From a candidate division WWE3 bacterium CSP1-7 (GTDB taxonomy: Bacteria; Patescibacteriota; WWE3; 9FT-COMBO-53-11), in NCBI GenBank assembly GCA_001443395.1, contig LDXK01000003.1, positions 33,182-86,093 of the forward strand: a stretch of 52,912 nucleotides of DNA. The letters are read 5' to 3'. Under the pieces are notes generated by a model that was not told the origin of the DNA, made no database searches, and saw nothing but the letters and a program-made list of their open reading frames with translations. The translations under genes and the position numbers were made by a program. Of the stretch, positions 16,723 to 23,808 are shown one piece after another (positions within the stretch are counted from its first letter, which is position 1; each line of letters opens with the position of its first letter).

Positions 16723-17637
16723 GTGTCCAAACGACGAGTCCTAATTTCCACCATCGTTCTCCTCCTGCTGGCTGTTATCGGAGCCGGCGCCTATTACTTC
16801 CGCTCCCAGATCACGGACTTTATCAAGGGTATTAACGGAGATAACAAGGGTGACGAGAATGGTGAAGAAATCACCTGCGAAGACCAGGTCTACACCAATA
16901 CCCGCCAGGGTTATAAAGTCTGCTACAAAACCGGCTGGTACACGCAGGAGTTTGGATACTCGCAACTTTTAGTCGGGTTTGATGCTTTCCCAATTCCCAC
17001 CGCCAGCGAATACGCCGGGGTTTTTAACATTTCGGTCTCCCGCCAAAACAGTGCCACCCTTTTGGCGCAGTACCTGAGTTCCCTTAAGGATCCGGAAACG
17101 GCCGCCGCCTCCATTGGAGGAGTGACCGGCATCCGCATCGACGGGGCCTACGCCGCGGATGATGTCTTCTTTCCCAATTATCGTCAGAGCGCCGCGGTGG
17201 TTGAAAACGCCGGTCGGACATACTCTATCGTGATGCTTTCATCCCCAGACGGCTTCGTCAGCAACAAGGCGGATTTTGAGAAGTTCCTCAGTTCCTTCCA
17301 GTTTTTGGAGGATACTGCCGCCGCTCCTTGGGGAAAGAATATCTATCTGAATACGCCCTGGCCGAACGACGAAGTCAGTGATTCTTTCAGAATTGCCGGT
17401 TCAGCCCAGGGGGCATTTGAAAACACGATTGTGGCTCGGCTCAAAACCGAGAGCGGAACGATTCTCTTTGAAGAACCGATTATCTACAACGCTCCCGAAG
17501 TCGGGGAGTTGGGGTACTTTGATATCGCCGTTACTTTCCAGACCACGTCGGAATCAGGGACGCTGGAGGTGTTTTACACTTCTCCCAAAGACGGCTCGGT
17601 CGCAGACTTGGTCTCCGTTCCATTGAAATTCAAATAA
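16723..17637 (+). CDS. Secreted protein with C-terminal Gmad2-type Ig-like domain
   Basis: Signal anchor; C-terminal FRIAGSAQGAFENTIVARLKTESGTILFEEPIIYNAPEVGELGYFD...LEVFYTSPKDGS resembles Gmad2 domains. Confidence 0.6.
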   Translation: MSKRRVLISTIVLLLLAVIGAGAYYFRSQITDFIKGINGDNKGDENGEEITCEDQVYTNTRQGYKVCYKTGWYTQEFGYSQLLVGFDAFPIPTASEYAGVFNISVSRQNSATLLAQYLSSLKDPETAAASIGGVTGIRIDGAYAADDVFFPNYRQSAAVVENAGRTYSIVMLSSPDGFVSNKADFEKFLSSFQFLEDTAAAPWGKNIYLNTPWPNDEVSDSFRIAGSAQGAFENTIVARLKTESGTILFEEPIIYNAPEVGELGYFDIAVTFQTTSESGTLEVFYTSPKDGSVADLVSVPLKFK

Positions 17638-17638
17638 A

Positions 17639-18355
17639 ATGCCTTCGCCAGGTGAAGAGAAGCCGCCGGTAAAGCCACCCGAGGAAAAGAAGAACTTGCC
17701 TGCCGGTAAGCAGGGGGCAGGTAAGAGTTGTTTGAAGATTATTTTGATCATCGCCGCTATTCTGTTTTCCCTTTTTCTCCTGGTCTCCGGGGCAATCGCC
17801 ATCGCCATCACCGCGACCGGTTTGGTAAAGGTTCCCATTCTTTCCAATATCATTAAGCCCCCGGCCGTTACGGAGGACTTTTCCTACAAAAAAGTTTCTG
17901 AAAAGACTCTTTCCAAAAAGCTGGAGTCCTCGATGAGTGGGACCGAGGGGAATGTCAAGATCACAATGGCGCTCACCGATGATGAAGTGAATACCCTAAT
18001 TTCCGGCCTAGCATCAACCCCCGATTCCTTTGTTAAGAGTATTCTGGTTAAATTTCGCCCCGGCATAATTAAGATTAGTGGGGTCCTTTCCCAGAACGAC
18101 GCTCCCTTCTACGGCGAGCTCAAGATTTCCAAGAGCGCCAGTAGCTTTGAATTCGAATTTCAAAATGTCCGGTTGGGAGCGCTACCGCTCCCCGGGTTTT
18201 TGATCGAGGGGTTGATCAGCCAAGTGGCCGGGACGGGGCAGTTCCTGGGCAGCCTCACCGCAGATTCGCTTCCGGTGAACGCCATCACCGTTAAAGACGG
18301 TTCGATCACAATCAAGGGATTGGATCTGAGCGGGTTGGGTGGTCCGAGGGAATAA
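17639..18355 (+). CDS. Membrane-anchored hypothetical protein (238 aa)
   Basis: Starts 1 nt after the previous stop; one TM after a Lys/Pro-rich N-terminus. Confidence 0.55.
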   Translation: MPSPGEEKPPVKPPEEKKNLPAGKQGAGKSCLKIILIIAAILFSLFLLVSGAIAIAITATGLVKVPILSNIIKPPAVTEDFSYKKVSEKTLSKKLESSMSGTEGNVKITMALTDDEVNTLISGLASTPDSFVKSILVKFRPGIIKISGVLSQNDAPFYGELKISKSASSFEFEFQNVRLGALPLPGFLIEGLISQVAGTGQFLGSLTADSLPVNAITVKDGSITIKGLDLSGLGGPRE

Positions 18356-18532
18356 GCTCGTTCCACTCGCTTGCCTTGCGGCGCCTTCGCTAACGTTCAG
18401 GCGTCCAAGTGTTTGCTGGCGCTTGATTCGCTTCGCGAACAAATAGCATCCTCGGCTCCGCCTGCGGGTTGCTATTGGACGTGATTAAAAATCGCTAACA
18501 ATAGATAGCCCTGTCCCGCGCAGGGCGTCCTA

Positions 18533-18562
18533 TTGACAATCAGGAGAGCGTTCCTGTAAATT
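18533..18562 (+). promoter_or_regulatory. Sigma70-type promoter
   Basis: TTGACA (18533-18538), 18-nt spacer, TAAATT (18557-18562); about 55 nt upstream of ATG 18620. Confidence 0.6.
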
Positions 18563-18619
18563 ATGGTTAATGCCCTAAAAGGGCGTTTTAGTTTGATTTT
18601 TGAGAGGGGGTGAAATTAT

Positions 18620-18823
18620 ATGGCCTACAGCTTAGTGTCCAAGAAAAGTGGTGTCACCTACTACCTGCACGGACTGACCGTGACTCTGAAGAACACCGGT
18701 AAGCAGCAAACGATCTACTACTTTGCAAAGGACGTGCGCTCTGGCGCGTTGGACGCGATTCCGAGTGGGAAGATGGTCCAGGAGAATCCTCGCACTGGTC
18801 TTCCCTATCTTAAGAATTCTTAA
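18620..18823 (+). CDS. Small hypothetical protein (67 aa)
   Basis: RBS GAGAGGGGG; own promoter and strong terminator. Confidence 0.6.
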   Translation: MAYSLVSKKSGVTYYLHGLTVTLKNTGKQQTIYYFAKDVRSGALDAIPSGKMVQENPRTGLPYLKNS

Positions 18824-18869
18824 GAACAGAGAGTGACCTAACTCTCTAACTTAAGGCAGATCAGCTGGG

Positions 18870-18930
18870 CTGCTCTGCTAAGTTTGTCCGCCTAAGGCGG
18901 GTCGGCTTAACAGAGCAGTTCAGTTTTTTT
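18870..18930 (+). terminator. Rho-independent terminator (long hairpin)
   Basis: CTGCTCTG (18870-18877) / CAGAGCAG (18911-18918) with inner CCGCC-TAA-GGCGG, then TTCAGTTTTTTT. Confidence 0.8.
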
Positions 18931-18983
18931 ACTTGACGGCTATATGCAATTCTTTCTGGGTTATCTCTGGGCGGGCTTTTTCG

Positions 18984-18992
18984 TGCTAAAAT
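18984..18992 (+). promoter_or_regulatory. Extended -10 promoter element TGCTAAAAT
   Basis: TGnTAAAAT 27 nt upstream of ATG 19020; the same 9-mer occurs at 42158-42166. Confidence 0.5.
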
Positions 18993-19019
18993 TTCCTCTA
19001 ATCGGGAAGGAGGGAAGAG

Positions 19020-19517
19020 ATGCGCGCCTGGCTTTTGCGGGTAGTGTTGGTTCTTTGGCTGGCGCTCTACCCCGTAATCCATATTCCGCTGATGATTCCT
19101 TTGGTGGCGGTTCTGGGCTCGACGCTGGCCGCTCTGGTTGGGGCTCTGGTCATCGGCATTTGGGGAAGCGTTTTTTACTTCCTCCTCCGCCGCGAATCCG
19201 TTCTGACGGGAGCCAAAACCAAGCTAGTCCAGATCCGGAATGCGGGCGGGGTTTTAGGTTGGATTAACACCAAGATCCCCGAAGTTCGGGATGGGGCCCT
19301 GCTTTCCCCCTTTTGGATTCAGGTTTCGTTCGTTTTGTTTGGAGCCTGGGTGGGGGTTCTGCTCCTTCGGCTGACCTATCCCGATAGCCATCCGCTGCGG
19401 GCACTGTTTTGGGTTTGGTTGGGCGCGATTGTCAACACCCTCGTGTCGGTACTGGTGATCTACGGCCCGCCGGCGATCCTGGCGCGAGAGCTGATCACTG
19501 CTCTTCTCGAAAGATAG
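19020..19517 (+). CDS. Integral membrane protein (165 aa)
   Basis: RBS GGAAGGAGGG; 4-5 hydrophobic segments. Confidence 0.6.
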   Translation: MRAWLLRVVLVLWLALYPVIHIPLMIPLVAVLGSTLAALVGALVIGIWGSVFYFLLRRESVLTGAKTKLVQIRNAGGVLGWINTKIPEVRDGALLSPFWIQVSFVLFGAWVGVLLLRLTYPDSHPLRALFWVWLGAIVNTLVSVLVIYGPPAILARELITALLER

Positions 19518-19545
19518 GAACCGATCGGGACAGGACAAGTAGTTA

Positions 19546-19589
19546 AACCCGGGGGGTTTAGATCCTCAACCCTCCGGGTTATTTTTTTG
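19546..19589 (+). terminator. Rho-independent terminator
   Basis: CCCGGGGGG (19548-19556) pairs with CCCTCCGGG (19570-19578), then TTATTTTTTT. Confidence 0.75.
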
Positions 19590-19624
19590 TTATCCTTTCC
19601 TTAGAAAGGTGGTGAATTAACATA

Positions 19625-19834
19625 GTGTCAACTTCCAACCTACATCACAACCTAGTCCAGCAACTTTCGGAACTGATGGACTCCGTTTGGCGTTACGAAC
19701 ACTTCTACAAGAACGACGCTGAAGGCTGCGAAAAATGCCGAGCGCTCTGGGAAGAGCTTCACAAGCGCCACGAAGAGGATATCAAAATGCTTCGGGACCA
19801 CTTGGCCGATCACGTCAAGGCCGGTGACTGGTAG
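19625..19834 (+). CDS. Small hypothetical protein (69 aa)
   Basis: GTG start, RBS AGGTGG; helical, His/Glu-rich. Confidence 0.5.
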   Translation: MSTSNLHHNLVQQLSELMDSVWRYEHFYKNDAEGCEKCRALWEELHKRHEEDIKMLRDHLADHVKAGDW

Positions 19835-19908
19835 ATCTGAAAAGCAACAGTAGTAACGTCTCTTCTTGTTAGAGAGTCGGCTGCTGTTACTGGTGTTATT
19901 ATTAATTC

Positions 19909-20235
19909 ATGGCGGTTTCATTTGCCGAATTTCAAAAAATCGACTTGAGGGTCGGAAAGGTCAAGAAGGTCGAAGAAATTGAGGGTTTGGATCGGATCTA
20001 CAAACTGGAGATCAACATCGGAGAGAAGAAGCCCCGGACGATCCTAGCGGGAGTGAAGGAGCATTTCAAACCATCGGAATTACTGGGGAAAAGCGTGGTC
20101 GTGGTGGCGAACCTGGAGCCTAAGAATGTGCGGGGAACGCTATCCGAGGGAATGCTTTTGGCGGCGGAGGTTGACGGCCAGCCAATCCTGCTTGTTCCCG
20201 AAGAGAAGGTCAAGCCGGGAACTCCGATCCACTAA
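19909..20235 (+). CDS. tRNA-binding domain protein (Trbp111/CsaA/EMAP-II-like)
   Basis: FQKIDLRVGKV...INIGEKKPRTILAGVKEHFKPSELLGKSVVVVANLEPKNVRGTLSEGMLLAAE matches the OB-fold tRNA-binding domain. Confidence 0.8.
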   Translation: MAVSFAEFQKIDLRVGKVKKVEEIEGLDRIYKLEINIGEKKPRTILAGVKEHFKPSELLGKSVVVVANLEPKNVRGTLSEGMLLAAEVDGQPILLVPEEKVKPGTPIH

Positions 20236-20289
20236 TGACGCAGCGCCAGCGAGTAATTATTGCAACCGAGCGGGGCGAGGACAGCATTA
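20236..20289 (+). repeat. Stop-codon-adjacent repeat, family 1, copy A
   Basis: TGACGCAGCGCCAGCGAGTAATTATTGCAACCGAGCGGGGCGAGGACAGCATTA; about 85-90% identical to 35262-35314 and 38766-38820. Confidence 0.85.
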
Positions 20290-20291
20290 GA

Positions 20292-20368
20292 GGACGGGTA
20301 GCTTAGCGGTTTAAAGCATCAAGCTTATACCTTGAGGATCGAAGGTCCGAATCCTTCCCCGTCCACCA
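20292..20368 (+). tRNA. tRNA-Ile (anticodon TAT), CCA encoded
   Basis: Acceptor GGACGGG/CCCGTCC, D stem GCTT/AAGC, anticodon stem TCAAG/CTTGA, loop CTTATAC, T arm GAAGG-TCCGAAT-CCTTC, A, CCA. Confidence 0.85.
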
Positions 20369-20420
20369 AACCCATTCTTGATTAATTTCTAAGAACCACC
20401 TATACTCCATTCCGGAACAC

Positions 20421-20843
20421 ATGGCGTCGCTTACTTACAGAAAAACCGTGCTCTTCTTGGGACTCGCCGGGGTACTCTTCTCCGGATACCTCAGCGCCGT
20501 CAAGCTGTTTACCACCGCCTGCGCCCTGAACGAATCGTGCCCCTACTTCCTGGGCCTACCGGCCTGCTACTTCGGTTTCGTAATGTTCCTAACCATATTC
20601 TCCGCCGCCCTGCTGAGCGCCTCTGGGGCGATCTCAATCAGAGCCGCGGCGCTCGCAAATACGGTTGTCTCTTTTTTGGGAATCCTTTTCGCCGGCTACT
20701 TTACCATTCCGGAGATCGGTTACATGCTCTCCGGGAGCGCACCCCGCTACGCCCTCGGTTTGCCGACCTGCGCCTACGGCTTAGTCTTTTACACATTGGT
20801 CTTCATTTTGTCCCTCCTCTACCTCAAGAAGAACAGAGTTTAA
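20421..20843 (+). CDS. 4-TM membrane protein with VKOR-like LGLPxC motifs (uncertain)
   Basis: SGYLSAVKLFTTACALNESCPYFLGLPACYFG, repeated as LGLPTCAYG in the second half; no canonical CxxC, so the VKOR call is tentative. Confidence 0.35.
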   Translation: MASLTYRKTVLFLGLAGVLFSGYLSAVKLFTTACALNESCPYFLGLPACYFGFVMFLTIFSAALLSASGAISIRAAALANTVVSFLGILFAGYFTIPEIGYMLSGSAPRYALGLPTCAYGLVFYTLVFILSLLYLKKNRV

Positions 20844-20930
20844 CCCCTATAAAACGTGATATTTTATATCCTCTAGTATTTGTGCCCGTGTTAGAATTAA
20901 GAAAATCTGCTAAAAAGGAGGAGAGAACCC

Positions 20931-21950
20931 ATGAACCTCATTGAGGTACGCGGCGACCACTACGAAATTGGTTTTCAGATCGGCCAAGCGACGGCCGTCC
21001 AGATTGCCAAAATCCTTCCTTCAAAAGAGCTTTCTCCGGGGATCGAGAAGCGCCTAAACGCGCTGTTCCCACTCCACCGAGATGCTTTTCCTTCCCTGCT
21101 ATCCGAAATCAAGGGAATGGCGAATGGAAGCGGGCAAGATTACGAGAAGCTTCTGGCTTGGAACTTGTTCGAATCCGGTCTGTTGGGATGTACCAATGTT
21201 ATCTCGCTAGGGGACGATGGTTTCCTGATCCACAATGAAGACGGGCCGGCCCGCTTTCGGGGTTTGCTGACGCTGGTGAGGGCACAGCTTCCCAGTGGGA
21301 AGTCCTTCGTCTCCCTCCAGTATCCCGGAATGCTTCTCGGCAACACGGTTTCCGTCACCTCCGCCGGTCTGGCGTTGAACGTCAACACCCTGTGGCCGGA
21401 GCGATTGGCGAACGTGGGCTACTCTTCCAACTTCCTTGCCCGGGCGTTGCTGGAAGCCCAAAATCTGGATGAGGTTCCGGATATCTTGGCGCGGCATCGG
21501 CCGCGAATCGACGCCTACCACTGGTTCGTCTATTCTCGATCGGAGGAGAAAGCCCTTTCGATCGAGGTTCTTAAGGACAGAGAGTCGGTGGTTTGGTTGG
21601 AAGAGGGTACGCACTTCCATACCAACCACTACCTTCACGCGGATTCGCAAGACGAACCGCAAGAGGATTATCCTTCTTCGCGTGCTCGGCGGGAGCGCCT
21701 GCCGCGGTTTTTCAAGGATCTTCCCACCACCAGAGGACGCGCCCCCGGCGCTAGCTTTGTGGGATCCGCCGCCAAAGAGCGGGCCCGTTTGGCGCTCTCT
21801 GATCACAAGGGGAAGTGGCCGATCTGCCGGCACGGGGGGGAAGATTCTCTGACCCTGGCGAACGCCTCGATCGATCTCAATACCCTGAAGATGGAGATCG
21901 CGGAAGGCCCCACCTGTCAGATTAGAGAGTATTCGGAAGCGTCGGTTTAA
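20931..21950 (+). CDS. Peptidase C45 family acyltransferase/hydrolase
   Basis: RBS AAAGGAGGAG; N-terminal EVRGDHYEIGFQIGQ and the GCTN...IHNED nucleophile region typical of the C45 family. Confidence 0.7.
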   Translation: MNLIEVRGDHYEIGFQIGQATAVQIAKILPSKELSPGIEKRLNALFPLHRDAFPSLLSEIKGMANGSGQDYEKLLAWNLFESGLLGCTNVISLGDDGFLIHNEDGPARFRGLLTLVRAQLPSGKSFVSLQYPGMLLGNTVSVTSAGLALNVNTLWPERLANVGYSSNFLARALLEAQNLDEVPDILARHRPRIDAYHWFVYSRSEEKALSIEVLKDRESVVWLEEGTHFHTNHYLHADSQDEPQEDYPSSRARRERLPRFFKDLPTTRGRAPGASFVGSAAKERARLALSDHKGKWPICRHGGEDSLTLANASIDLNTLKMEIAEGPTCQIREYSEASV

Positions 21951-21970
21951 AACCCCGACGCTTATTTTTT
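21937..21970 (+). terminator. Rho-independent terminator
   Basis: AAGCGTCGG (21937-21945) / CCGACGCTT (21955-21963) then ATTTTTT; stop codon lies in the loop. Confidence 0.8.
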
Positions 21971-22000
21971 GCTACTCTTTAATTGAGGGGGTGAGAAAAT

Positions 22001-22183
22001 TTGAAATTTCTTGATCCTTACCGGAAAACATTGCACTGGGTTCTAGACATCGCCTCTCTTTTGAGTCTGGCTCTGGCGACTTACGGAGCTTTTTGGGGAG
22101 ACTTTTGGCTCGCCTCGACCCAGTGGCTGCTGGTTTCGCTCTGGCTTTTGATTCTCTCCACCCACATTCGCCGAATAGAGTGA
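22001..22183 (+). CDS. Small membrane protein (60 aa), TTG start
   Basis: RBS GAGGGGG 8 nt upstream; two hydrophobic segments. Confidence 0.4.
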   Translation: MKFLDPYRKTLHWVLDIASLLSLALATYGAFWGDFWLASTQWLLVSLWLLILSTHIRRIE

Positions 22184-22302
22184 GGTGAATGCTAGGTTCG
22201 ATACCAATCGAGCCGTCCGTCAGAAGTGTTTAAGAGAAAAGCTTCTCCAATCAAAAACCCGCCTCACGGCGGACCCCATTAGTTTGCTCTAGTTTATATA
22301 GT

Positions 22303-23196
22303 TTACAACTCAGCGAGCTCCATTTTCTCCTGAGGAGCGGTGACTTCAATGTGATCAAGATACTTCTCGGTGGTGGAGAGGCGGCGGTGGCCAGCGATTT
22401 TGGAAACCAGCACCAGCGAAGCCCCTCGCTTGAGGTGGTGGGCAATAAAGGTGTGGCGCAGATCGTTGACGGTGGCGTCTTCGATTCCGGCCAGTTCCAA
22501 GAAACGCTTGATGGTTGAGCGGATGTTCCGCACCAACAGCGATTTACCTGTGCGGGTAATGAAAACGTGGTCGGCTTTGGTTTTGGGACGTTCGTCCAGG
22601 TAGGCCTGTAACGCTTTCTGGGAACGGGAATTCAGAGGAACGGTTCTCTCGGGGTGACGATTAAAGGAGGCAATCCGAATTTCCCCGGGACGGCCACCGG
22701 TACCGAATTTGGCGTCGGAATTCTCAAGCCGGGACAATTCTCCGATCCGCATTCCGGTCTGCAGAAGCAGCTCCACAATTGCGTAGGTGCGAGCGTCGTT
22801 TTGGACGGTATCGCGCAGGGCCCGGTATTCTGTTTCCGAAAGAATCCGCGGAGGCTTGGTTTCGAAGCGCGGATGGGAAACCAGCAAGGCGGGATCATCG
22901 GTAATAAACTCGTTAACCTTTAGGAAACGGAAGAAGGTCTTCACCGCATTGGTCTTGCGAGAAACTGATTTGGGGGTATATCCGTTCTTAAGAAGTTTTG
23001 CGAGAAATGCTTCGATATCTTCTTTGGAGATTTCGGCGAGATGCGCTTTTCGAAGTTCCTCCAGAAATTCAACCAACTGATCAATGTCCTTGCCGTAAGC
23101 AAGAACAGTAGATTGGGAGCGATTCTTATCTCTAAGATGGTCGACAAATTTTCGGTGCGCGTCGCGAATCGGGATCATTCCAGAGAAGATTATCAT
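22303..23196 (-). CDS. Tyrosine site-specific recombinase (XerC/XerD-like, phage integrase family)
   Basis: N-terminal SAM-like domain; C-terminal ...RHTFIAHHLKRGASLVLVSKIAGHRRLSTTEKYL (R-H-R-Y catalytic pattern). Confidence 0.85.
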   Translation of the reverse strand: MIIFSGMIPIRDAHRKFVDHLRDKNRSQSTVLAYGKDIDQLVEFLEELRKAHLAEISKEDIEAFLAKLLKNGYTPKSVSRKTNAVKTFFRFLKVNEFITDDPALLVSHPRFETKPPRILSETEYRALRDTVQNDARTYAIVELLLQTGMRIGELSRLENSDAKFGTGGRPGEIRIASFNRHPERTVPLNSRSQKALQAYLDERPKTKADHVFITRTGKSLLVRNIRSTIKRFLELAGIEDATVNDLRHTFIAHHLKRGASLVLVSKIAGHRRLSTTEKYLDHIEVTAPQEKMELAEL

Positions 23197-23228
23197 TAAC
23201 CCATAGGGTTGTCAAGAGAGGGGATAAA

Positions 23229-23325
23229 GTCAGTAAAGGCAGTAAAACCAGTTAAGTCAGTAAACAGGAACCTTTCCATCAGATTTATTGATGTTACTGT
23301 CTTTACTGCTTTTACTGGTGTTACT
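23229..23325. repeat. Inverted array of 9-bp-spaced CAGTAAA iterons (4 direct plus 4 inverted)
   Basis: CAGTAAA/CAGTTAA at 23231, 23240, 23249, 23258. Complements (T/G)TTACT(G/A) at 23293, 23302, 23311, 23320. The arms are separated by about 25 bp. Confidence 0.85.
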
Positions 23326-23334
23326 ATTTTATTG

Positions 23335-23706
23335 ATGAAGCGTCCTGCCATTCTGCTCCTAATTATTTTGGCTCTCTTTTTCCTAACTGCTTTGGTTCGA
23401 TCCTACATTCTGATTCGGGCGAGAGGTGGGGAATTGGACCGCTTGCGGGGTCAGGTGGACCTACTCCAGGGTAAGGTGGATGAGCGAGAGGGGGCGCTTT
23501 CCTACTACAAATCCCCGGAGTTTATCTACAAGGAGGCCCTGGAACAGCTGGGCTGGACCCGCCGCGGCGAAGTGATCCCCGACCTCCCGGATTGGAAGGG
23601 TAAGGATATCGAGATCGAGGATAAGCCGGCCGGTTCCTCGATCGCGGCCGTCGCGGAACCACTTCCTTATTGGAAGCGCTGGCGCAACCTATTTTTTGAG
23701 AATTAA
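23335..23706 (+). CDS. Septum formation initiator (FtsB/DivIC-like) protein
   Basis: Start moved to ATG 23335 (MKRPAILLLII...): TM then coiled coil LDRLRGQVDLLQGKVDERE...YIYKEALEQLGW. The track's first 42 codons are a translation of the iteron array. Confidence 0.65.
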   Translation: MKRPAILLLIILALFFLTALVRSYILIRARGGELDRLRGQVDLLQGKVDEREGALSYYKSPEFIYKEALEQLGWTRRGEVIPDLPDWKGKDIEIEDKPAGSSIAAVAEPLPYWKRWRNLFFEN

Positions 23707-23723
23707 TCTTCCTGTACTATAAT
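23696..23723 (+). promoter_or_regulatory. Sigma70-type promoter of the tRNA(CAT) cluster
   Basis: TTGAGA (23696-23701), 16-nt spacer, TATAAT (23718-23723); first tRNA starts 11 nt downstream. Confidence 0.7.
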
Positions 23724-23733
23724 TGAGTAACGT

Positions 23734-23808
23734 AGCGGGCTGGTGGAACGGTTACCACGCCTGGCCCATAACCAGGAGGACCCGGTTCAATTCCGGGGCC
23801 CGCAACCA
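23734..23808 (+). tRNA. tRNA-Met (CAT), initiator-like, CCA encoded
   Basis: Aligns to E. coli tRNA-fMet architecture: A1xA72 mismatch, acceptor GCGGGC/GCCCGC, D stem GTGG/CCAC, anticodon arm CCTGG-CCCATAA-CCAGG, T arm CCCGG-TTCAATT-CCGGG, ACCA. Confidence 0.8.

Noticed and set aside
20250-20270. Sigma-54 promoter (GG-N10-GC) in repeat family 1 because of the TTGCA core
   Set aside because: The -24 position reads AGCGAG, not TGGCAC, and the spacing does not fit.
22195-22205. GGTTCGATACC downstream of the recombinase gene as a tRNA 3' fragment or att site
   Set aside because: It only resembles a T loop. There is no flanking 5-bp T stem or acceptor strand, and it matches none of the tRNAs in the window beyond the loop.
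23209-23334. 42-codon N-terminal extension of the FtsB-like protein (KSVKAVKPVKSV...)
   Set aside because: The periodic peptide is simply the translation of the 9-bp iteron array. The TM plus coiled-coil protein starts at ATG 23335.
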